A DNA stretch of 64,000 bases. Source: Bacteroidota bacterium (lineage in GTDB: Bacteria > Bacteroidota > Bacteroidia > UBA7662 > CANHCV01). The stretch is taken from the NCBI GenBank assembly GCA_947459245.1, contig CANHCV010000003.1, positions 8,597-72,596 of the forward strand, in the 5' to 3' direction. The position numbers and the translations under genes are program-made. The notes under the pieces are model-generated. The model saw nothing but the letters and a program-made list of their open reading frames with translations, had not been told where the DNA came from and did not search any database. How positions within the stretch are numbered: the stretch's first letter is position 1; each line of letters opens with the position of its first letter. Positions 1 to 9,605 of the stretch are shown one piece after another.

Positions 1-1256
<1,256 letters not shown>

Positions 1257-1278
1257 GGTTCAGACTTTGGTGTTTGTG

Positions 1279-1304
1279 GCCCCGACGAATGTCGGGGCTT
1301 TTTT
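1279..1304 (+). terminator. rho-independent terminator of katG
   Basis: Perfect 8-bp GC-rich stem GCCCCGAC (1279-1286) / GTCGGGGC (1291-1298), loop GAAT, then TTTTTT (1299-1304), 23 nt after the katG stop. Confidence 0.75.
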
Positions 1305-1357
1305 GTTGGGGAAAGCTTCAAGGTTTAGAGTTCTTTAAATTCCCATTCTGTGGTCCA

Positions 1358-1840
1358 CTACTCCACCAAGTAAGAAATTCGGCTGCAATGTTCATCAAAA
1401 TTTCGGTGGGCAACTTCTTTCAACACCTCCAATGCTAAGGGCACATTAATGCTGTGGTGTTCTTCAAAAATAAATAGCACTTCGTGGCAATGGAAAAGCA
1501 CTCGATTATTGAATAAAACTTTTTTCATGTTTCTTTTTAACCATTCCCGGTTTTCCCAATCGTTTCTTTCCTCCGTCATTGAAACCGGGAACAAGGATAC
1601 ATTTAAAAAGGGTTGAAGGGAATGCACCTGCCCTTCTTCGTTAACGGTTTCGCAAGCCAATTCAGCTATTTCAAAATCCATCAAGGTAAATGCTTTGGTG
1701 TTGTAAGCTAAGGCACGTTTGGGCGACTCGACAAACAATCCGGTGAAAAAGGACATTTCCATGAGGGCAGGAAGCACTACATGGCAATTTTTGGGGTTAC
1801 GACCAACCGTTAAACTTTCGGTGAACAATTCTATTTCCAT
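1358..1840 (-). CDS. hypothetical protein, 160 aa (last gene of the orphan module)
   Basis: Uninterrupted ORF starting 11 nt after the upstream ORF stop. No signal peptide or TM segment. The C-terminal 45 aa are rich in His and Cys (FHCHE, EEHH, AHR, DEHC). No family motif recognised. Confidence 0.6.
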   Translation of the reverse strand: MEIELFTESLTVGRNPKNCHVVLPALMEMSFFTGLFVESPKRALAYNTKAFTLMDFEIAELACETVNEEGQVHSLQPFLNVSLFPVSMTEERNDWENREWLKRNMKKVLFNNRVLFHCHEVLFIFEEHHSINVPLALEVLKEVAHRNFDEHCSRISYLVE

Positions 1841-1851
1841 GGGACAAAAAA

Positions 1852-3132
1852 TTAGGCAGACGGTGAATTCTCATTCATTAATGAGTTATATTGGGTAGAT
1901 TCCGACAATTCTCGGGTAATGAGGAACAACGGATTATGGCAATCCATGAAGCGGCGGAATAAATCATTGGAATCGTGCTCTTCAGCACCTTGCAAAAGCA
2001 GGTACGACATCTTTTTTCTTGCAACTTTTTTCAAAATTGGTTTAGAGATTTCAGCTGGAAAATCTTCATGAACCCAATCTTCAAAGTCCTGAAGAAAATG
2101 ATAGTTTTCGTTCATTTCCATCTCCAAAAAAAATCGGGTTCCATATTCGGTAATCATTCGTTTAAATTGCAGTTGAGGAAAGAAAAAATAGGTAGGTGTT
2201 TGAATTCTAATGCCCATAGGCCCTCCCATACCTGAGGTGGCACCATCCAGTTTACTGATGAGCGTTTCAAACTTCACGCTATGAAGGACAAACTCTTTAA
2301 TCACCGCTTCATTCAATGAATGAGCAAAATAGATAATCCAGGTAATTTCTCCTTCTTGATCAATTTTGATAATTTCCATGGTAGCAATTCCCTTGTGGCC
2401 AAAATGAATCACCGTGGAAGAAATGTTTGCTCCTGGAAAGACCTCTGAGAGCTTTTCAAGGTAACTAAAATTATAATCAATGTGAACAAATACCGAATGC
2501 CTCTGAAACAAAAGATCGCCTCGCATGGCAAAAAATCGCTCCGGAGAAATATCTATCCCTGCACTTGGAATTAAAACTTTTCGAGGATCTGTTTCTAAAT
2601 AATTCTCAAGCTCTTGGCATAAATCCTGGTCGAATTCTTTTTCTTTAAAATAGGGACGAAACAAAGTAATGATATTGGTTGAAGGGGGCGTTGTTTCTTT
2701 GTATTCCAAATGTATATCTTGGTAGGATTTTGTAAAAAGTGCATCAACGTCTAATTCAGTTAAGGCAGAAACAAATTTTCTAAGAATCTCTACATCCGAC
2801 TTTTGAAGGCTTACTACTTCAGAAAATTGAACCCCATATCTTCCAAAACATCGCTGAAACAACCGATAATAAACCAACATCACCGTTCGGAATTCGGAAA
2901 TATTACCCATTTCCATTTGAGTGTTCCAAAATCCCAAAAACTTACTGGTGTAATGAAATATTTGCATAAATCGGCTGGAAAAATGAAAAGGTTCGAATTG
3001 CCTTAATTTTTGAATCAACTCTTCCTCCGTTAAACTCATTAGCCAATCTTGGGAGAGGTTTTTAAATGTGAAAAAAATAGGAAATCCTTTAATAAAATGA
3101 TTTTGCCTTGCTGTTGAAATTTGCTCGTTCAT
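1852..3132 (-). CDS. hypothetical protein, 426 aa
   Basis: Long ORF starting 12 nt downstream of the methyltransferase stop. Soluble, with no hydrophobic N-terminus. No P-loop, CxxxCxxC or HxH motifs seen. Confidence 0.7.
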   Translation of the reverse strand: MNEQISTARQNHFIKGFPIFFTFKNLSQDWLMSLTEEELIQKLRQFEPFHFSSRFMQIFHYTSKFLGFWNTQMEMGNISEFRTVMLVYYRLFQRCFGRYGVQFSEVVSLQKSDVEILRKFVSALTELDVDALFTKSYQDIHLEYKETTPPSTNIITLFRPYFKEKEFDQDLCQELENYLETDPRKVLIPSAGIDISPERFFAMRGDLLFQRHSVFVHIDYNFSYLEKLSEVFPGANISSTVIHFGHKGIATMEIIKIDQEGEITWIIYFAHSLNEAVIKEFVLHSVKFETLISKLDGATSGMGGPMGIRIQTPTYFFFPQLQFKRMITEYGTRFFLEMEMNENYHFLQDFEDWVHEDFPAEISKPILKKVARKKMSYLLLQGAEEHDSNDLFRRFMDCHNPLFLITRELSESTQYNSLMNENSPSA

Positions 3133-3144
3133 AAGTATTTAAGT

Positions 3145-3876
3145 TTAGATTGCGCGGTATAAAAAATACGTCGATCCGAATCGATCGAATTGATGAAAAG
3201 GTTGGTTGGTGGCTTCAAATCCGACTTCCGTCAACATTTGATGGATTTCCTCCATCTGCCATTGGCGAATTTTAAAAGACTCTTCGTATTCGGAAATACC
3301 CGGCTTCATCTGTCCGCTGAGTTTTTCGTAATACTTGTAAATTTGATCTCCTTGATGGGTAAGAGAGACTGTTTTTGTAATTTTTTCATTCGTGGTTGCC
3401 GTAGGAATTGCTCCTTCAAAAAGGACCTTAGAGGGTAAATCGAACATCAAACCACCACCTCTTTTTAAATACTTACGAATGTTTCTCAAGGATTCCTTCA
3501 GTTCCTCTTCGGATAGCAGGTACGCTAAAACCGTAAAAACAGCCAGCGCGAAATCGGCCACTTCTCCTTGATATTCGGATATGGAACATCGGTGGGTATG
3601 GATGGAAACATTGGCGGCTATGGCATTTTTTTCCAATTGATCCGCCATAGGGTTGCTGCGTTCAATGGCATGAACTTGGAAGCTGCGTTGGGCAAGTGGA
3701 ATGGCCACCCTACCCGTTCCGGCACCGTAATCACATATAACTGCTCGTTGAGGCACTAGCTTTACCAAGGTTGAAAGGGTGGCTTTATTAAAATCATCGT
3801 AGAGCCGGCCATAAAAGTAGTTTTGAACGAAGTCATAGGCCTGCGCATTTCTGTCGTGAGGTAATTGAGTTTTCAT
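3145..3876 (-). CDS. class I SAM-dependent methyltransferase (small-molecule type)
   Basis: Motif I VICDYGAGTGRVAIPLA is followed by an acidic end of beta2 (VHAIERS). Motif post-II/III (ADFALAVFTVLAYL) and LKRGGGLMF are also present. Length 243 aa. Confidence 0.85.
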   Translation of the reverse strand: MKTQLPHDRNAQAYDFVQNYFYGRLYDDFNKATLSTLVKLVPQRAVICDYGAGTGRVAIPLAQRSFQVHAIERSNPMADQLEKNAIAANVSIHTHRCSISEYQGEVADFALAVFTVLAYLLSEEELKESLRNIRKYLKRGGGLMFDLPSKVLFEGAIPTATTNEKITKTVSLTHQGDQIYKYYEKLSGQMKPGISEYEESFKIRQWQMEEIHQMLTEVGFEATNQPFHQFDRFGSTYFLYRAI

Positions 3877-3889
3877 GGGATTTTTTTTA

Positions 3890-3897
3890 CAAAGGTA
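3890..3897 (-). promoter_or_regulatory. candidate Bacteroidota -7 box (TAccTTTG) upstream of the methyltransferase gene
   Basis: The minus strand reads TACCTTTG, matching the TAnnTTTG consensus, 13 nt upstream of the ATG at 3876 and inside the 81-nt gap. Confidence 0.3.
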
Positions 3898-3957
3898 AGT
3901 AAGATTTTTATCTTTTCTATATTTTTTTATTTCCTTTACTTTTGCATTGGAACTTAC

Positions 3958-5106
3958 CTATCCAATACCGATGAAATCATGCGCATTGGATAGGTAGGTA
4001 TGTGTTTTCTGATCCAACTCTTGAATGGTTTGAGCGTACAACTGCCCTTGATCTTCGAGGCAATAGGGAATGATGAAAAGCGTTGCATCTATAGGCACTT
4101 CATTCGTTTCCAACCAAGTCTTCAAATTTCTAATTTGCTGATCGGCAGGCATCATTTCCTTTTCACGGATGTGAAAGGCGAAATCTTCCCAGTATATGAT
4201 CCGGCATTTAGGTTTCTTATTTTTCTCTGCGATGCTTCGAGAGCACACAATGAACTGACTTTTCTTCGACTTTGGAATGGCAAAATCGAATTTTTGATGC
4301 GTAAACGAATGCCTTTGATTTTCACTTAGGAACCCTTCCAAAACCATGGTTTCATCGATTTGTTGCTGTTTAAATGGGGTCATATAGCCCCTACAAAGTC
4401 TAACATCCGTGTGTTGGCTTTGGTAAGAAAACCCAGTCCTCCAGGTTCCGATGAAACACATCGCCGGAACCGAGAAAACACCTGCATTTTGCAATACAGG
4501 ATCTCCATTGATGAAAAAAGGACGATGGAGGGTTGGCTCGTGACCGCGTATCCACATATCCGGTTTTACCACATCTTCCCGGCTGAAGAAGCGATTCAAT
4601 ATCCCTAGGGCCAATTCCAAAGGACCCGTTTGAATGGTAGATAGAATTCGTGGGGCTATCCTACCATTGTCGCTCAAAGCGAGGTAAGAGGCCAACCCCT
4701 CCGCGGTACAAAAGACAAATCTAAATTCCCGCCCCAATGAACTTCTTCGAACTCGATATTCAATGGCGTACTGAGGCAAATCTAAAGCAGGGGAAAACTC
4801 ACCGTTATATTCTGCAAACTCGTCCCGAGATAAGAAATTTGAGTAATACAAATTCCTCCGCAAGTTGGTATGATCAACCTCAAAGTGTTTTGTTTCATCA
4901 AAATCTTGGTGAATTTGTTTCTCCAACACTTCAAAATCGAACATTTGAAAGGCCTCATCGTACCATTTCTCAACTTCATCCATTTGTAAATAAAGATTGA
5001 CGTACAAGTACTGATCTACTAGATGTGTCAATCGAAGGAGCGGCTGTAAATCGAATCCGCCACCAATGGAGTAGTAACAGTTTTGAAAATTGATTTTGGT
5101 AATCAT
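3958..5106 (-). CDS. hypothetical protein, 382 aa (first gene of the orphan module)
   Basis: Long ORF with an ATG start at 5104-5106. Soluble. The only motif-like element is the N-terminal YYSIGGGFD. No family recognised. Confidence 0.7.
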   Translation of the reverse strand: MITKINFQNCYYSIGGGFDLQPLLRLTHLVDQYLYVNLYLQMDEVEKWYDEAFQMFDFEVLEKQIHQDFDETKHFEVDHTNLRRNLYYSNFLSRDEFAEYNGEFSPALDLPQYAIEYRVRRSSLGREFRFVFCTAEGLASYLALSDNGRIAPRILSTIQTGPLELALGILNRFFSREDVVKPDMWIRGHEPTLHRPFFINGDPVLQNAGVFSVPAMCFIGTWRTGFSYQSQHTDVRLCRGYMTPFKQQQIDETMVLEGFLSENQRHSFTHQKFDFAIPKSKKSQFIVCSRSIAEKNKKPKCRIIYWEDFAFHIREKEMMPADQQIRNLKTWLETNEVPIDATLFIIPYCLEDQGQLYAQTIQELDQKTHTYLSNAHDFIGIG

Positions 5107-5144
5107 GACTTATTTTGACAAGTTTAATTGGTAAGCACAGAATG

Positions 5145-5152
5145 CAAATATA
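5145..5152 (-). promoter_or_regulatory. candidate -7 box (TAtaTTTG) for the orphan module
   Basis: The minus strand reads TATATTTG, 38 nt upstream of the ATG at 5106, in the AT-rich divergent intergenic region. Confidence 0.3.
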
Positions 5153-5312
5153 AATGCAGTTAGCCGTTTTTTGGCTTTATTTTTATAAAACTTTTTTAAT
5201 TGGTTCGTAAAGCGAAAGCATTGTGATTAGAAATATCCCCCTAAACGGTTAATTTATGCGTTTTTTTTAAAATTTCAGCTACCCATCAAGTTCAAAAAAA
5301 TTTTTCTCTCTT

Positions 5313-5340
5313 ACCCGTTTGTAAACGTTTATAAACGTTT
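5313..5340. promoter_or_regulatory. tandem AAACGTTT palindromes (possible operator)
   Basis: The sequence cccGTTTgtAAACGTTTatAAACGTTTc has two perfect 8-bp palindromes (5323-5330, 5333-5340) plus a half-site at 5316-5320. All three are on a 10-bp phase, and the last ends 42 nt upstream of the comEC start. Confidence 0.3.
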
Positions 5341-5381
5341 CATTTACGGCTATCGCCCTTTTCTCTTCCCAATTTCGCCCC

Positions 5382-6899
5382 ATGAATCGGAAAATCAGGA
5401 GCATCCACTGGGGCGAAATCCCCTTTTTTTTCATCACCCTTCCCCTTGGGATTTCCATCTGCATCGCCTATTTCTATCCGCAAAACCATTTTTCCTTTCA
5501 ATGGCTCATCGGACTTAGCATCGTTCCCGTAACAACCTTTTTCATCCCCATTTCTCCCTTCCATTTCCTCCACACTTTGCGAAACTCCATTGCCCCCCTG
5601 CTTTCTTTAACCTCCATTTTTCTTCTTTGGAACCTCTCCCAACAACCGTGGAGGAAATATGAACCTAAAACCCATCAAATCCATCACTTAACCGTTGTGG
5701 AAGTGAAAAAGAAATCGTCCTTTGCCCAATTTGATGATGGAGAAAAAATCTTTCTAAGAACGTCGCAATTCCAAGCTGGAGACCGAATCACGGCAGAGGG
5801 AACACTTCGACGAATTCGTCCGAAACCGACTTCCGACACTTCCCAATTCGATTTTTACACCTATGCCACCCGAAGAAACCTGCGCTACTCCCTCAAACCT
5901 CAACGGGTGGCCTTCGTTGGTCGCGTTCCCTGGTATCATGTGCATCTGCACGCGCTTCGTTGGCGCGACCAAATGGGAAAATCGTTAACCGAAGGTTCCC
6001 ACTATGGAGGTTGGGTAAAAGCGATTTTGTTTGGCGATGACCGAGAAATTGAGGGCGATGCCTTAACGGTTTTCCAACAAACGGGCACGCTCCACGTACT
6101 CGCAGTTTCTGGTATGCACGTTAGCGTGCTCTTTACAGTGGTGGATGCCATTTTGAAATTCCTACCCGGATTCCGGCGCTGGCCATGGATTCGTTTTTTT
6201 GCCGGAAACGTTACCCTGTGGTTGTACGCCTTGGTTTCCGGATTTTCTCCCAGCATCGCCCGCTCGGCATGGATGTTTAGCCTTGGAAGTTTAGGCAAAC
6301 TGATTCACCGAGAAGGGATAGCCATCAACCATTTGTTTGCCTCGGCTTTCTTTATTCTCATCGTTGAACCCACGAATCTATTCCACCTCGGCTTTCAACT
6401 AAGCTTTATTGCCGTTGGCTCCATCCTTCTGTTCGAACCCATTTTCACGCACTGGATGTCGTGGAATTCATGGATAGGGAACAAATTGGGCGCGGCCATG
6501 GGGGTTTCAACGGCTGCCCAATTCGGTACTGCGCCCCTCGGATTGTTCTATTTTCACACTTTCCCCATTTGGTTTCTTCCCGCCAACCTGATAGCCGTCC
6601 CCATCAGTTCATTCCTTTTGCTGGTTTACCTCATTTTACTTCCCATCCACCCGATTCTTCCTCATTCCTTTCGCGGATTCATCATCGATCAACCCATCCA
6701 TTTTTTCATTCAAATCATGTCCATTTTCCAATCCGTTCCTTTGGCTACTTTTCAAACTGAAATAACCTGGGAACAAGTGTGGATTTTCTTCCTGGGAATC
6801 CTCCTATTTCGAAATGCGATCATCCTTTCCTCCAAACCCCTTTGGACGCTTACGACCGGTACATTTCTTCTAATTTTCTTGTGGCCTATTTTTCGTTAA
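5382..6899 (+). CDS. comEC: ComEC/Rec2 family competence channel protein (no C-terminal metallo-beta-lactamase domain)
   Basis: Has an OB-like N-terminal region and the competence-domain motif FQQTGTLHVLAVSGMHVSVLF, with many TM segments. The protein ends in a TM helix at 505 aa. Confidence 0.85.
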   Translation: MNRKIRSIHWGEIPFFFITLPLGISICIAYFYPQNHFSFQWLIGLSIVPVTTFFIPISPFHFLHTLRNSIAPLLSLTSIFLLWNLSQQPWRKYEPKTHQIHHLTVVEVKKKSSFAQFDDGEKIFLRTSQFQAGDRITAEGTLRRIRPKPTSDTSQFDFYTYATRRNLRYSLKPQRVAFVGRVPWYHVHLHALRWRDQMGKSLTEGSHYGGWVKAILFGDDREIEGDALTVFQQTGTLHVLAVSGMHVSVLFTVVDAILKFLPGFRRWPWIRFFAGNVTLWLYALVSGFSPSIARSAWMFSLGSLGKLIHREGIAINHLFASAFFILIVEPTNLFHLGFQLSFIAVGSILLFEPIFTHWMSWNSWIGNKLGAAMGVSTAAQFGTAPLGLFYFHTFPIWFLPANLIAVPISSFLLLVYLILLPIHPILPHSFRGFIIDQPIHFFIQIMSIFQSVPLATFQTEITWEQVWIFFLGILLFRNAIILSSKPLWTLTTGTFLLIFLWPIFR

Positions 6900-6959
6900 A
6901 ATGATTTTTATCCATTTTGAAACTCCTTTTTTCGTTAATACTTTTAGTCACCTCAAGCC

Positions 6960-9605
6960 ATGATCAAAAAAACCATTTCCGCCCTCTTTTTTTCGTTATT
7001 CACCTTGGCCGGAATCGGCTGTTGGGACTTTGGTTTCGAAGAAAGTCAATACGTTTCTCCTTTCGATGAAAACATTTTGGTTGCTCCGGATTTGATGCCG
7101 TTTTTGTTTTCGGCCCACGATTTCCATTGGAGCTTTGACTCGCTAAGTGATGGTAATCTTCCCACTTCCGAAGACCGTTGGGTACAGCATTTCAACCATC
7201 AATATTCCAAGAAAGAACTTCAACAGTTGGTGAACGATTGGTCTGAAGAGGATTTTCAACTTGGATTGAAAAGTAAGGCCGATACCTTCAGCAACGCTTT
7301 GTTGACCGATTTTCGGAAGGGGAAACACCCCTTGGAGCGCCAATATTTAGAATTGGCCCACCAAAGTACGTCGCTTAAGCAACGGGATGAATGGGCCAAC
7401 TTCTTCAGTTGGTGGGAAATCAGCTACAAAATAGAAACCGAAGAAGATGTTCCATCCTCTGAGGATACAGCAGCCGCAGCAACGGATGGATCGGAAAATG
7501 GAATCAATACCATTGGCTTGGAGCGTGAGAGGAAAAAGGAAGCGGAAGCTGCGAGACTGCAAGATTCCCTCAGCAGTTCAAGAGGCAAATCCCGCGAAAA
7601 ATTGATCCTGCAATTCGAAAAACTTCGATCAAAAACCAACAACAAGGAATTGCTTGAGCGCATCAATTACCAAATTCTGGTGTTGAATTATTACCAACCC
7701 ATGGGAGGTAATTTTGAAAAACTCTTCCAAAAAATCTATCCTCAACCTCAACCACAATCCATTTTCTATTGGATGGCTTGCGATCATTACGCCGGTACAC
7801 CCCAACGCGAAATGCAGGAAGACAACGCTATGGACTGGGTGCGCATCTTCTTGCATGCTCCCTCCTTGCGAAAAAGTGCCATGGCCTCTTTTCCCGAGCA
7901 AGACGATGAATCGTGGGAAGGTTTGATGAATTGCTCCCAAAACAAAGAAGAAAAAGTAGGTTTATGGTTGATGTTGGCCTACCAACAACCCGAAATTACC
8001 GCTTACGCTTTCGAAAAAGCCTTTCAAATTTCGGAAAAATCTCCATCCACCGATTTATTGATGGTACGGGAAATTCAACTGTTGGAAAGTCAATTTCATC
8101 TTCATGAAAATCGACTAGAAACCTACCCCTACACCATGGGAATTACCTATGAATACGAAGGATTAGAAGTAAAGCAACAAATCAAAGAGCTGGTGTTTCG
8201 CTGGAATCAGCTATTTAGAAAGCACGAAAACCACCTCACCGAAACCCAACACTTGGGTTGGGCATACTTGCAGCACCTGGCCGGAAACGAAGACGATGCC
8301 CTCAAGACCCTTCAAAACTTCCATCCCAAAAACGAAGATATCCAGCGTTCAAAAAAGGTGTTTCAACTATTGGTCCGACAGCAAATCAGTTACCGCGACG
8401 GTTGGAACGATGCCCAAGATGCTCAAACCGTTAAAGATTTGGAATGGTTTTCTACGTTTCCCGGATTCGACCGCATTTCCAACAAAAAAGGGTGGACCAA
8501 TGCCGATTGGGATAACTTTGATGGGAAAATTGACATGAACTACGATGGCCGCATTTTCGAGTCGCATGATACCTACCGATATGCGGCCATGCGCGATGGA
8601 ATGCGGACTTATTTGTACGAATACATGCGCCACCGAAGCGAGGAGGCCGATGCATTCGCCACTCCATCTGCACCGAAGTCTCTCGCCATGTGGTTCTTAT
8701 CTCCCCTTTTTAATGTTTACGACTACCCGGAGAATTGGGATGCTGCTGGAATCGTGGAGCTTCTTCAACACCCGGAAAATCAATCCAAAACCGATCGGTG
8801 GTTTTTCAATCACCTTCCAAAATCGGTAGAACAGACCACCTACATCAAGAAGGGGGATGAATGGGGAGATACCACATTTACCATTCCCATCAATTCCGAC
8901 TTTTGGAATGAAATAGCCGGGGAATTAGCCTTTCAAAGGCGCGATTACGCTGGGGCCTTCCAATGCTTTAAAGCCATTCAGAACCTAAAACAATTCCCTC
9001 GTTTGCAATTGGAGTCCAATCCCCTTTCGCTTTCCGCCATCGATGTTTCCGAATGGGCAAAAACAACTTTTCAAATTCCCTCCATTACCAATAAAATTGA
9101 ATTGGCAGAAGCACTTTACCTTCTTTCTCAACGAACGCAAACCACAGAAATGACCGAAAAATCAGCCCTTGCAACTTGGATGCTCGGAATTTTGGAATTC
9201 AACATTTCTTATGCAGGAAACTCCTGGGAAGCCAGCCGATTCGCTTGGAGTTACAACGATCCAGATGCATTTCAATCGGATGTTTATTGGAGAAAGAAAA
9301 ATCTCCCTGATGAAAAATACTTCGACTGCACCCATCCGAAGCAGTTGATTTATCAAGCTTACCAATACTTCCAATCGCAGAAAAAAGGAAAAGAATTTGC
9401 TGCGGGTTGTGCCATCAGCCTACTTCAATTGAATACCGATGGCACCCCTTCCTATTGGTCGAATTCTCCTAATGCAGGTGCAAGTCAACAATCGGCCATT
9501 TTGATTGATTGGCTACAAACGAAGTTTTCCAAAACCAAAACCTTCCGAACCTTTGAAAAAAATTGCCCTGAATATGAAGTTTACGCCCTTACGAATTGGG
9601 ATTAA
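6960..9605 (+). CDS. large lipoprotein of unknown function, 881 aa
   Basis: Lipoprotein-type signal MIKKTISALFFSLFTLAGIGC. Contains an acidic/low-complexity segment (EEDVPSSEDTAAAATDGSENG...). No catalytic motif recognised. Confidence 0.75.
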   Translation: MIKKTISALFFSLFTLAGIGCWDFGFEESQYVSPFDENILVAPDLMPFLFSAHDFHWSFDSLSDGNLPTSEDRWVQHFNHQYSKKELQQLVNDWSEEDFQLGLKSKADTFSNALLTDFRKGKHPLERQYLELAHQSTSLKQRDEWANFFSWWEISYKIETEEDVPSSEDTAAAATDGSENGINTIGLERERKKEAEAARLQDSLSSSRGKSREKLILQFEKLRSKTNNKELLERINYQILVLNYYQPMGGNFEKLFQKIYPQPQPQSIFYWMACDHYAGTPQREMQEDNAMDWVRIFLHAPSLRKSAMASFPEQDDESWEGLMNCSQNKEEKVGLWLMLAYQQPEITAYAFEKAFQISEKSPSTDLLMVREIQLLESQFHLHENRLETYPYTMGITYEYEGLEVKQQIKELVFRWNQLFRKHENHLTETQHLGWAYLQHLAGNEDDALKTLQNFHPKNEDIQRSKKVFQLLVRQQISYRDGWNDAQDAQTVKDLEWFSTFPGFDRISNKKGWTNADWDNFDGKIDMNYDGRIFESHDTYRYAAMRDGMRTYLYEYMRHRSEEADAFATPSAPKSLAMWFLSPLFNVYDYPENWDAAGIVELLQHPENQSKTDRWFFNHLPKSVEQTTYIKKGDEWGDTTFTIPINSDFWNEIAGELAFQRRDYAGAFQCFKAIQNLKQFPRLQLESNPLSLSAIDVSEWAKTTFQIPSITNKIELAEALYLLSQRTQTTEMTEKSALATWMLGILEFNISYAGNSWEASRFAWSYNDPDAFQSDVYWRKKNLPDEKYFDCTHPKQLIYQAYQYFQSQKKGKEFAAGCAISLLQLNTDGTPSYWSNSPNAGASQQSAILIDWLQTKFSKTKTFRTFEKNCPEYEVYALTNWD

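Noticed and set aside
1257-5381. Mobile-island boundaries (direct repeats, tRNA or integrase) around the orphan four-gene module
   Set aside because: I found no flanking direct repeats, tRNA gene or recombinase. The AT shift is mild on spot counts. Horizontal origin therefore stays a hypothesis, and I do not call a mobile element.
9505-9573. The upstream ATG at 9505 as the S9 peptidase start (807-aa version)
   Set aside because: The extra 23 residues (MIGYKRSFPKPKPSEPLKKIALN) precede an obvious signal peptide that starts at the ATG at 9574, and they lie within the preceding gene. The shorter start is more plausible.
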